From: Anaerolineae bacterium
GTDB taxonomy: Bacteria > Chloroflexota > Anaerolineae > UBA4142
DNA length: 64,000 nt
Direction of reading: 5' to 3'
NCBI GenBank assembly: GCA_034433515.1
Contig: DAOUAL010000023.1
Location: 73 to 64,072, forward strand
A program made the translations under genes and the position numbers. Below are positions 37,849-46,362 of this stretch, piece by piece; the first letter of the stretch is position 1; every line of letters starts with the position of its first letter. The notes below the pieces were generated by a model. It was not told where the DNA came from. It searched no databases and saw only the letters and a list, made by a program, of their open reading frames with translations.

Positions 37849-40086
37849 ATGTCACGCAAACCGCCTTATCCGTCCGAAACCCAATCCACCTTAGGGGCAT
37901 TTTTTGCCCGCTTGATCCGTCAAAAGCCGGCGGTGGTCCAACCGGTGCCCACCGATCGGCAAAGGATCAACTTGTTGCTCGTTTGCGAAGACCCAGCGTT
38001 TTGCGAGGCACTGCAACGAGCATGGTTTGATCGCGAGGACCAGCGGTATCAAGTTGCGGTGGCAAACAGTCCCCGTGAAGCGCGCGAAAAAGTGTCGGCG
38101 CAATTCTTTGATGTCCTGTTGATTGATCAGAAATTAAAAGGCGAGGGAGGGGATGGCACGCACCTCACCACCGAGTTGCTCAAGATCAGCCCGGATAGTG
38201 CGGCTATTTTGCTGACCGAATTTTCTAGCCCGGAGGATGGTTTGCGCGCCGTGCAAGCCGGCGCTGATGATTATCTCATCAAGACTGCGGATTGGCAGAC
38301 AACGTTCCGTGAACTTGCGTTGCGGGTTGCCGTCTTGTTCGAGAACAAAGAAGCGCGGCGGCGGCGCGTGCAAGAATTGGAAAGTTTGGTCGAGATTCAA
38401 AGTGCGATCATTGGTATCGAATCGGAAGCGGATCTGCCCAAGGTTTTGGATTCCGTCGTGCAATTTGCGATGCAGTATCTCTCGCACGTGGATGCCATCA
38501 CGATCTTTTACATCAATCCCGAAACCGGCGAGCCGCAATTTGGTGGCGCTGCCGGCATCCTCGATCTCGAACAACTCAAAAACCACCCTCCCAAATTGAA
38601 ACGAGTGTTGTCGTTGACCGAACCGTACTATGCGTTCAACGCAGCCGAAGACCTGGTTGTGCACGGTGAGTTTATTACGCGAGAAAAGATCGTCTCGGTA
38701 GCCGTCTTTCCACTGATTAATCGTGGCGAACGCTTTGGGTTGATGTTCTTTAATTATCGGCATCCGCAAGCGTTCGATGAAAGCGAAAAGAGCGAGTTGA
38801 GTTTATTTGCTCAACAAGCCGCGTTGGCGATTCACAAAGTGGTCATCTTCGATGAAACTAAACGTCGCCAACAACGCTTTGAAACCATTGCGCGGATTAT
38901 GCCGATTGTGGGGGCGTCACTCGATCCGGAACAAGTGGTGCGGGCTGTGTCGCGCGAGCTTCTCAAAGTCGTTCCACGTGCCCGCGAAGTTTGTATGCTC
39001 TACTATGAACAGGACACGGGCGACCTCGTTTTCTCGTTGGCAAGTTTTGAGTTTTATCACATTGATGTTGTGGGGCAATTGGGTAGAACGCGCCTCAAAG
39101 CCAACGAGCCCAGTACGCCGATGAGCGTGGTGCGATCGGGCAGGGGACTCTACGTGCCCGATGTGAGCAGGCAGCCGGAATATCAACCCTTGGTCAGTTC
39201 CACCCAGTCACAAATGTGTATGCCGATCCAAGTTGGCGGTGAAATCCTGGGTGTGTTGGTGTTAGAAAGTAATCAATTAGACGCCTTTACCTTGGATGAT
39301 CAATTTCTCTTGCAAGCCCTCGCCGATCAAGTTGCTGTTGCTCTCAAAAAAGCGCAGGAACATACCCGGTGGCTCAAAGCCCAAGACGATTTGGCGGCAA
39401 ACGATGCGATCGCCTGGATGGGCTTGTTCGGTTCGAATTGGTCGCACACCGTCAATCAACGCACCTTCGAAATTGAAGGGAAGGTTTTTTTGCTCCGGCA
39501 AGCCCTGGCAGGTGTGGCTTCCCCCGAAATCGAAAGGTGGCTTGCCGATATTGAGGACGCGAGTCGGCAACTCAAAGCCCTTCAAATTGCCGGCAAAGTC
39601 TCGCACGAGCCCCGCCCCGGCGACTCGACCGTTTCGATGGATCGCGTCTTAACCGAACGCGTGCCACGCTGGTGCGAAAAGTTTCCAGAGATAACCTTAA
39701 CGATGGACCTTCAATGCCCGGGTGTCCACGTTCCCATTGAAGAAGGTTGGCTAGAAATTCCCTTGGAGAAACTCATCAACAACGCCCTCAAGGCGATGGG
39801 AGGAAGAGGTGCGCTGAGTGTACGCAGCGCGCGGTACGGCAATCGGATCGAGGTCCAAATTCAAGACACTGGCAAAGGAATTCCAGAAGAAGCCAAAAAG
39901 TATTTGTTCAAACGGCCGGTTCCCAAACCTACCTCCAAAGAAGGCAGTGGCTTGGGATTACTCATTGCACGCAAAGTGTTGACGGCACACGGTGGTGATT
40001 TGGTGCTACTCCGGACCGCCCCAGGCGAAGGCACCACCTTTATGTTTCACCTGCCCGTTGCACACGTAGATGACCAAGGAGCATAA
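37849..40086 (+). CDS. Hybrid sensor: N-terminal receiver (REC), two GAF-like domains, atypical dimerization region, HATPase_c
   Basis: REC: 'LLLVCED', 'FDVLLIDQKL' (D93), 'ILLTEF', 'DYLIK'. GAF-like blocks around aa 175-330 and 345-505 ('GERFGLMFFNY', 'GEILGVLVLES'). ATPase: N box 'LINNALKA', G1 'DTGKGI', G2 'GSGLGLLIA'. Confidence 0.8.
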   Translation: MSRKPPYPSETQSTLGAFFARLIRQKPAVVQPVPTDRQRINLLLVCEDPAFCEALQRAWFDREDQRYQVAVANSPREAREKVSAQFFDVLLIDQKLKGEGGDGTHLTTELLKISPDSAAILLTEFSSPEDGLRAVQAGADDYLIKTADWQTTFRELALRVAVLFENKEARRRRVQELESLVEIQSAIIGIESEADLPKVLDSVVQFAMQYLSHVDAITIFYINPETGEPQFGGAAGILDLEQLKNHPPKLKRVLSLTEPYYAFNAAEDLVVHGEFITREKIVSVAVFPLINRGERFGLMFFNYRHPQAFDESEKSELSLFAQQAALAIHKVVIFDETKRRQQRFETIARIMPIVGASLDPEQVVRAVSRELLKVVPRAREVCMLYYEQDTGDLVFSLASFEFYHIDVVGQLGRTRLKANEPSTPMSVVRSGRGLYVPDVSRQPEYQPLVSSTQSQMCMPIQVGGEILGVLVLESNQLDAFTLDDQFLLQALADQVAVALKKAQEHTRWLKAQDDLAANDAIAWMGLFGSNWSHTVNQRTFEIEGKVFLLRQALAGVASPEIERWLADIEDASRQLKALQIAGKVSHEPRPGDSTVSMDRVLTERVPRWCEKFPEITLTMDLQCPGVHVPIEEGWLEIPLEKLINNALKAMGGRGALSVRSARYGNRIEVQIQDTGKGIPEEAKKYLFKRPVPKPTSKEGSGLGLLIARKVLTAHGGDLVLLRTAPGEGTTFMFHLPVAHVDDQGA

Positions 40087-40089
40087 CCA

Positions 40090-42294
40090 ATGACAGCCAT
40101 TCGTTCCACTCGTCGTATTTTGGTGGTTGACAATGATGCCGGCGTTCGCAAGACAATCAAAGAAGTTCTCCAAGTTAGCAAGTATCAAGTGTATGTTGCT
40201 GAAGGTAGCGGAGAGGCGCTCATCAAGAATGCACGTCAACTGTTGGTGGATTCGCGCTGTCATTTAGCCATCCTCGATCTGCGTCTGATCAATGATAATG
40301 ACCCCGAGGACTGGAGTGGATTCGCGTTGGCTTCCGACATTAGCAAACAATATCCATGGGTGAGTTGCATGTTTCTCACTGGCTATGGCAGTTTCGATCT
40401 GGCGCGGCGCGCACTCGCCCAGAATATTGCCGTGGATGTCGCACGTAAAGACAGTAGTTTTAACGAGATTTTCAGAACGGTGGATCAAGCCTTTAGTAAG
40501 ATTCGTTGCCGCTGGGATCAAGAACTGGAACCTTCCAATCCGGAATGGGACGAACTGCTTGCACCACTCAAAGAACAGATTCCCAGTCCGGAGATTGCGC
40601 AATCTGAATTCGCCGAAGTGCTAGGGCGTTTGTTTCCGGATGCCGATAAATTGCATCTGCGCAAATTGAGTGATTACGAAAGCGCGCCCTCCGTAACTTC
40701 GGGGCATTCGATTTTGTTGCGTGTGGCAGCACATCAGAATGGTCGTTGGTTGGAAGATGTGGCGGTCAAGATTGGTAGCCACGATGCCATTCAACGCGAA
40801 ATCGTCAATTATGATCATTTTGTCCACAACCAAATCGGCGATTATCGCTACACCTTTCGCCAATCCAGCGCATCTACATGGTATTTAGGTGGGATTGTTT
40901 ACGCGCTCATCGGTGCAGAAATTGATAACACGCTGACCTTGCAAGAATATTATCGCAACACTGGCGACTCGGATCATAGATCACTGGATACTGTGCTGAA
41001 TACACTTTTCAGCCGCCTATTCCGCCGCTGGTACGCCGAACCCAAAACTGTTCACATCAACATCTCATCCGAATACACGACTGCACTAGGTTTGAATGAC
41101 ACACGTTTGGCGCGGCTCAAAAATTGGGGCGATGATCCGGAAATTCAATTTGCTGGGATCAGCACTCCCCTGCCCAATCCGTTGGTCTGGATTCAACACC
41201 ATGGTCGCAACAGCGATATTGAAACCAGTCAACATATTGTTCATGGTGACCTTCACAGTCGCAATGTGTTTGTGGGCCCCAATCAAGATGTTTGGTTGAT
41301 TGATTTTGAACGCACAGGTCCCGGGCATTGTTTGCGCGATTATATCGAATTAGAGACCGACATTAAATTTAGTTTGATGTCTGCAGCAATCGAACAACCC
41401 AAACTCTTTTACGCGTTTGAAACTGCTCTGCTAGGACAAACGCGGGATGGACTCAAAAAAGCCGGCGCCTTGTTGCCGCCTGCTCTAGTACGTAATCATC
41501 CTGAAGCGCATCGTGCCTTCACCGTGATTACTCATCTGCGCCAACTTGCTACGGATCGGATCCGGTATCCCGATTTGCGGGATTACTTTTGGGGATTATT
41601 GTTTCAAACGGTGTTTGTTGCCACGCTGAGCAACGTGTCCGATGCCACCCGTGAACAAGTCAAGTTATCTGCCGCCCTCATCTGCCAGCGTCTGGGTGAT
41701 GGAATTCATTTGCGCGAACCCTGGCCTCCCAAAAGCAAAATGGCTCTGATCAAGAGTAAATTGACGAAAAAGAAAACCGTACCTGAATCACGGCGCGTTC
41801 TCTCTCCCAAACGCAAAAGCAATCTGGCTCTGGCACTGCAAACAACACCCTTGGATATCTTTTGCTCGTATTCCCATCGCGACGAGAAAATGCGCCAAGA
41901 GTTAGAGAAACATTTGGCGTTGCTTGAACGACAGGGGATCGGCGTCATTTGGCACGATCGCAAGATTGATGCGGGCGAACCTTGGCGAGGACACATTGAT
42001 GCTCATCTCAAGTCGGCGGATATTATTCTGTTGCTGATCAGCCCTGATTTTCTTGCGTCGGATTATTGCTATGATATCGAAATGAAGAAGGCTTTGGAGC
42101 GCCACGATGCCGGCGAGGTGCGGGTGATACCTATCATTCTCCGTCCCTGCGATTGGCAAAAAGCACCTTTTAGTAAACTGCAAGCCCTGCCCCAAGATGG
42201 CAAGCCGGTTACCCGCTATCGTTCTCGGGACGAAGCTTATTCAAACATTGTGGAGGGAATGTGGCGAGTCATAGAAAAAATGCGTGCCAAGTAA
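40090..42294 (+). CDS. REC / protein-kinase-like (APH/ePK fold) / TIR domain protein
   Basis: REC: 'LVVDNDAG', 'LAILDLRL' (D63), 'FLTGYG'. Kinase-like: 'VAVKIG', 'HGDLHSRNVFV', 'WLIDFERTG'. TIR from aa 589: 'DIFCSYSHRDE', 'IILLLISPDFLASDYCYDIEMKKAL' (putative catalytic E664, codon 42079-81), 'VIPIILRPC'. Confidence 0.8.
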   Translation: MTAIRSTRRILVVDNDAGVRKTIKEVLQVSKYQVYVAEGSGEALIKNARQLLVDSRCHLAILDLRLINDNDPEDWSGFALASDISKQYPWVSCMFLTGYGSFDLARRALAQNIAVDVARKDSSFNEIFRTVDQAFSKIRCRWDQELEPSNPEWDELLAPLKEQIPSPEIAQSEFAEVLGRLFPDADKLHLRKLSDYESAPSVTSGHSILLRVAAHQNGRWLEDVAVKIGSHDAIQREIVNYDHFVHNQIGDYRYTFRQSSASTWYLGGIVYALIGAEIDNTLTLQEYYRNTGDSDHRSLDTVLNTLFSRLFRRWYAEPKTVHINISSEYTTALGLNDTRLARLKNWGDDPEIQFAGISTPLPNPLVWIQHHGRNSDIETSQHIVHGDLHSRNVFVGPNQDVWLIDFERTGPGHCLRDYIELETDIKFSLMSAAIEQPKLFYAFETALLGQTRDGLKKAGALLPPALVRNHPEAHRAFTVITHLRQLATDRIRYPDLRDYFWGLLFQTVFVATLSNVSDATREQVKLSAALICQRLGDGIHLREPWPPKSKMALIKSKLTKKKTVPESRRVLSPKRKSNLALALQTTPLDIFCSYSHRDEKMRQELEKHLALLERQGIGVIWHDRKIDAGEPWRGHIDAHLKSADIILLLISPDFLASDYCYDIEMKKALERHDAGEVRVIPIILRPCDWQKAPFSKLQALPQDGKPVTRYRSRDEAYSNIVEGMWRVIEKMRAK

Positions 42295-42303
42295 CCTATT
42301 CCA

Positions 42304-42337
42304 CCGGCAGAGCCCGCACTCTGCCGGTTTTGCTTTT
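42304..42337 (+). terminator. Intrinsic terminator ending the sensor-TIR operon
   Basis: 'ccggcagag-cccgca-ctctgccgg' followed by 'ttttgctttt'. Confidence 0.75.
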
Positions 42338-42389
42338 CAATGAGAATGATTCTATAATAGAGCCAATATTACTGGCAAGGAGAGCAGGC

Positions 42390-43313
42390 ATGGCAATTCA
42401 ATCTGAACGTGCAACCATTGGGGTTATTGGTGGAAGCGGTGTTTATCAAATGGAGGGATTGACCGACGTCAAAGAAATCAAAGTCAAAACTCCGTTTGGT
42501 GATCCGAGTGACGTGATCGTTCTAGGTACCTTAGGTAACCAACGAGTTGCGTTTCTGCCACGCCACGGTCGCGGTCATCGCATTATGCCGTCCGAACTTC
42601 CCGTTCGCGCGAACATCTATGCCTTGAAATCACTAGGGGTCGAACGAATTATCTCGATTAGCGCGTGTGGTAGTCTGCGCGAAGACTTTGCCCCCCTCGA
42701 TATTGTGATTCCCGATCAACTGTACGATCGAACCAAGAGCCGTCCCCCCACATTTTTTGGCGAAGGGCTCGTGGTGCATATTTCGTTTGCGGATCCGTTT
42801 TGTCCCGAGTTGAGCCAGGTTCTTTACAATGCTGCGATGCACGCCGGAGCGCGTGTGCACAAAGGCGGACGCTTGGTTGTCATTGAGGGACCGCAATTTT
42901 CTACCAAAGCAGAATCAGAAACGTATCGCGCTCTAAAGATGGACATTATTGGAATGACGGCGCTCCCGGAAGCCAAACTAGCGCGTGAGGCAGAAATCTG
43001 TTATGCCACGATTGCTATGGTAACCGACTATGATGTGTGGCATCCGGCGCATGATTCGGTTACTGTGGAAATGGTTGTTCAAAACCTGTTGCGAAATGCC
43101 GAGATGGGCAAACGCATTGTTCGATATGCGGTGGATGAGGTGCCAACAACGCGTGAACATTGTCCCTGCCCCAATGCGCTCAAGGATGCCATCATTACGG
43201 CACGTGATCGAATCCCGGCAAACACCCGGAGAAAACTGGGGATTCTGCTCGATAAGTATTTGCCTTCGGAAGAGACTGCTACCCAATCGCGTAGAATAAA
43301 ATTGAAAAGATAA
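42390..43313 (+). CDS. mtnP: S-methyl-5'-thioadenosine phosphorylase
   Basis: 'IGVIGGSG', 'VAFLPRHGRGH', 'IIGMTALPEAKLAREAE'. ATG 42390 follows 'aaggagag'. Confidence 0.88.
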   Translation: MAIQSERATIGVIGGSGVYQMEGLTDVKEIKVKTPFGDPSDVIVLGTLGNQRVAFLPRHGRGHRIMPSELPVRANIYALKSLGVERIISISACGSLREDFAPLDIVIPDQLYDRTKSRPPTFFGEGLVVHISFADPFCPELSQVLYNAAMHAGARVHKGGRLVVIEGPQFSTKAESETYRALKMDIIGMTALPEAKLAREAEICYATIAMVTDYDVWHPAHDSVTVEMVVQNLLRNAEMGKRIVRYAVDEVPTTREHCPCPNALKDAIITARDRIPANTRRKLGILLDKYLPSEETATQSRRIKLKR

Positions 43314-43395
43314 TGAATTCGCGTAGCGTTTTTCGCCTTAAAGATTTTGACTAGTTTCTTGATTGGTTTTTGGATAGTGTATTGCCTACACGAAC

Positions 43396-43433
43396 AAAAT
43401 TGCCTCACCGAAAATGGGTGAGGCAATTTTGTT
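43396..43433. terminator. Bidirectional intrinsic terminator
   Basis: 'aaaattgcctcacc-gaaaat-ggtgaggcaattttgtt'. Confidence 0.7.
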
Positions 43434-43472
43434 GGCTCATCTATTGATCAGACGAGAATGCGAAAGCGAGGC

Positions 43473-43663
43473 TCAGACCCATTGCTTGAGAACAAGCAAC
43501 AGACTTGATGCGAGTACTGCAGAGATAGGAATTGTCGTGATCCATGCTGCTACAATCTGACCCATCACTCCCCATCTCACCTTGGATAATCGCTCCGCCG
43601 ATCCCACTCCTAGAATTGCTGAACTGACAACTTGGAGTGCTCACCGGTCCACCCAAGACGGCG
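43473..43663 (-). pseudogene. Frameshifted remnant duplicating the last ~65 codons of the adjacent PiT gene
   Basis: One frame reads 'AVLGGPVST'. After a 1-nt shift it reads 'LQVVSSAILGVGSAERLSKVRWGVMGQIVAAWITTIPISAVLASSLLLVLKQWV*', parallel to the intact C-terminus 'LGGPVSTTQVVSSAVMGVGAAERVSKVHWDVGIQILMAWFTTIPVSAILAAFFALILRHWF*'. Confidence 0.75.
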
Positions 43664-44656
43664 TCAAAACCAATGGCGCAGAATCAAGGCAAAGAAAGCA
43701 GCCAGGATTGCCGAGACCGGAATGGTGGTGAACCACGCCATTAGAATCTGAATCCCCACATCCCAATGCACTTTGGACACGCGCTCGGCTGCACCCACCC
43801 CCATCACCGCCGAACTAACCACCTGAGTCGTGCTCACGGGTCCACCTAAAAACGCTGCGGTCAAAATCACGCTGGCTGAACTGATCTGCGCGGTAAAGCC
43901 ATGCACCGGGCGAATCTTGAAAAACTTGCCGCCAATCGTTCGAATTAATCGCCAACCGCCTACCCACGTCCCCCAGGCAATCGCCGCCGCACTAACGGCG
44001 ACCACCCAGAGCGGGACATGAAATTCGGGAATCACCTTGCCGCTCACTAAACCCAGTGTAATAATGCCCATCGTCTTTTGCGCGTCATTGGTCCCATGCG
44101 ATAATGCCAACGCAATCGCGGTAAACCATTGACTCTTTTTGAAAAACTCATTGATGCTAGGCGGAAAAGGACGTGCCAAAAACAGCGTCAATCTCATCAC
44201 AACAAATCCTACCATCAATCCAATGAGTGGTGATGTAGTTAACGCCATAGCCACCTTCCACACGCCGGACATTTTGACCACGCCCAAGCCACTCTCGACA
44301 ATCGCGGCACCGATCAAACCGCCCACCAAGGCATGCGATGAACTCGACGGAATCCCCAGCCACCACGTAACCAGATTCCAAATAATCGCCGCTAAGAGGG
44401 CGGACATGGTTACGGATAATCGAATCTCGGTATCCACCAGCACTTCGTGCCCAATCGTCGTGGCAACCGCAACCCCAAACAGAAATGGACCGGTAAATTC
44501 TGCCATGGCGACCAACGTGAGTGCTTGGCGTCCCCCTAGGGCACGCGAGGCAATCATTGTGGCAACAATGTTTGAACTGTCGTGAAAGCCATTGAGAAAA
44601 TCGAAAAATAATGCTAGAACGATAAGAAGAATGACCGGGATGGGAAAGTCAATCAT
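43664..44656 (-). CDS. Inorganic phosphate transporter, PiT family
   Basis: 'FDFLNGFHDSSN' and 'HGTNDAQKTMG' (paired PiT signatures). Start placed at ATG 44656 (MIDFPIPV), but the track start 44716 is possible. Confidence 0.88.
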   Translation of the reverse strand: MIDFPIPVILLIVLALFFDFLNGFHDSSNIVATMIASRALGGRQALTLVAMAEFTGPFLFGVAVATTIGHEVLVDTEIRLSVTMSALLAAIIWNLVTWWLGIPSSSSHALVGGLIGAAIVESGLGVVKMSGVWKVAMALTTSPLIGLMVGFVVMRLTLFLARPFPPSINEFFKKSQWFTAIALALSHGTNDAQKTMGIITLGLVSGKVIPEFHVPLWVVAVSAAAIAWGTWVGGWRLIRTIGGKFFKIRPVHGFTAQISSASVILTAAFLGGPVSTTQVVSSAVMGVGAAERVSKVHWDVGIQILMAWFTTIPVSAILAAFFALILRHWF

Positions 44657-44798
44657 AAAGGCAACTCCAATGCTAGTGAATAATAAAGCCCGTCTCACGC
44701 TATCGGAAACGGGCACAAACCCCTATTGCAATCGTGTGCAATAGCCCCAGCGCTATCTTGTCTCGATTATATCAAGATAACCTATGATGTCAAAATTT

Positions 44799-45905
44799 CT
44801 ACCTGAACTCTTCGCGGCGCACTGTAACCTGCTCTAGCCGATCCAACCGCACGTTTACACCAATCCCCGGCTGAGTGGGCACCGTCATCATGCCTTGCGC
44901 GTCAACAGTAAATTCCGGCTCAACAAGGTCTTGGGCCCAATAGCGCTGGCTTGCCGATATATCGCCCGGCAACACAAAGTTGGGTAGTGAGGCTAATGCC
45001 ACATTCCCCGCCCGACCAATCCCCGACTCGAGCATGCCACCGTGCCACACTGGAATCTGATGCTCCATACACAAATCATGAATTTTTTTCGATTCGACGA
45101 AACCACCTACGCGCCCCGGCTTGATATTGATGTTACGGCAACTTTTGAGTTCGATTGCCGCGCGCGCGTCTGCCGCGTTGTGAATACTTTCGTCCAAACA
45201 GATCGGTGTCTTGAGTTGCGCTTGTAGTTTGGAATGCTGATAAATATCGTCATAACCCAACGGTTGCTCGATCAACAACAAATTGAACTCGTCGAGCGCA
45301 CGCAACGTGTCCACATCGCTGAGCGTGTACGCCGAGTTGGCATCCACTTGCATCACTATATTTGGAAAGGCACGCCGTGCCGCCGCTACAAATTGAACAT
45401 CGCGCCCGGGCGCAATTTTGATTTTAATTCTACCGTAACCTTCTCTTAGGTAACCTTCGATTCGCTTGACCAACGCTGCCGGCGATGATTGAATGCCAAT
45501 GCTTACGCCCACCGCAATTTTCTCGCGGGTGCCACCCAACATCTTGGATAAAGAAATCCCGCGTGCTTTGGCAAACAAATCCCATAAGGCAAATTCCAAA
45601 CCGGCTTTTGCCATATTGTGCCCGCGAACACGTACCCCACGCTGAATGACCTCTTCGATACTCGTAAGGTCTTGCCCCACCACGTTCGGAATCAAATAGT
45701 CACGCAGGATATGCCACGCGGTCTGTACAGTCTCGTACGAATAAAATGGCGCGGCATCTGCCGGACTCTCACCCCAGCCGGTCAGCCCTTCGGCGTCCAC
45801 ACGGACGATGAGATGTTCGATGTCGCTTTCAACGCCAAACGAGGTTTCAAATGGAGCAACGAGATGCATTTTGATGTGTCGCAATTCAATACGATCAATC
45901 CGCAT
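44799..45905 (-). CDS. Enolase-superfamily enzyme (o-succinylbenzoate synthase / N-acylamino-acid racemase type)
   Basis: 'MRIDRIELRHIKMHLVAPFETSFG', 'MQVDANSAY', 'IEQPL', 'LDES'. Confidence 0.8.
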   Translation of the reverse strand: MRIDRIELRHIKMHLVAPFETSFGVESDIEHLIVRVDAEGLTGWGESPADAAPFYSYETVQTAWHILRDYLIPNVVGQDLTSIEEVIQRGVRVRGHNMAKAGLEFALWDLFAKARGISLSKMLGGTREKIAVGVSIGIQSSPAALVKRIEGYLREGYGRIKIKIAPGRDVQFVAAARRAFPNIVMQVDANSAYTLSDVDTLRALDEFNLLLIEQPLGYDDIYQHSKLQAQLKTPICLDESIHNAADARAAIELKSCRNINIKPGRVGGFVESKKIHDLCMEHQIPVWHGGMLESGIGRAGNVALASLPNFVLPGDISASQRYWAQDLVEPEFTVDAQGMMTVPTQPGIGVNVRLDRLEQVTVRREEFR

Positions 45906-46340
45906 AAGTCTCCCTTGAAAATAGGCTTGTAGGCGCGCGATTCATCGCACGGGCGCTCTTGAAAATGTAGGACAAATTTGAAATTTGTCCTACACCCAGT
46001 CCATTTTTCATCCGACTTCTGGTGCGCCAACGGCGGGTGCGCGATTCATCGCGCGGGCGCTCAACCGCCGTACTACGAGCTCACGCGCTTATCTTTACTG
46101 GCGTGCTGAAGGCGAATGAGCCACTCCTTCGGAAAATAGACCGCTAAAGATGTGGGACAAATTGACCGTGTAGCATGGCGACCGCCAATCATCTCAACTC
46201 GACCGCAAAGACGGCAGAGAAAAAATCTTAAACTCTGCGGTTAGTGAATCGGTGGGCGTGCTACGGTCTCGACAAATTTGAAATTTGTCCTACGCCTAGT
46301 CCATTTTCATCTGAGCACTGGCGTGCCAACGACGACTGAA
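45906..46340. repeat. Mosaic intergenic repeat cluster, family A, locus 2
   Basis: Perfect 29-nt palindrome 'tgtaggacaaatttgaaatttgtcctaca' at 45966-45994 and a half-copy at 46270-46293. Modules shared with 20176..20603. Confidence 0.8.
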
Positions 46341-46362
46341 CAACACTTTGTAAAGCCATCAA

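Noticed and set aside
42295-43440. Genomic island integrated at tmRNA (attL/attR direct repeat)
   Set aside because: I found no copy of the tmRNA 3' end downstream of the TIR operon and no adjacent integrase. I therefore do not call a mobile element. A computational repeat search is still needed.
43441-43656. 71-aa ORF treated as a real small gene
   Set aside because: Its first part mimics the PiT C-terminus, and the remainder is the wrong frame of the same remnant. It is better explained as a frameshifted pseudogene fragment.
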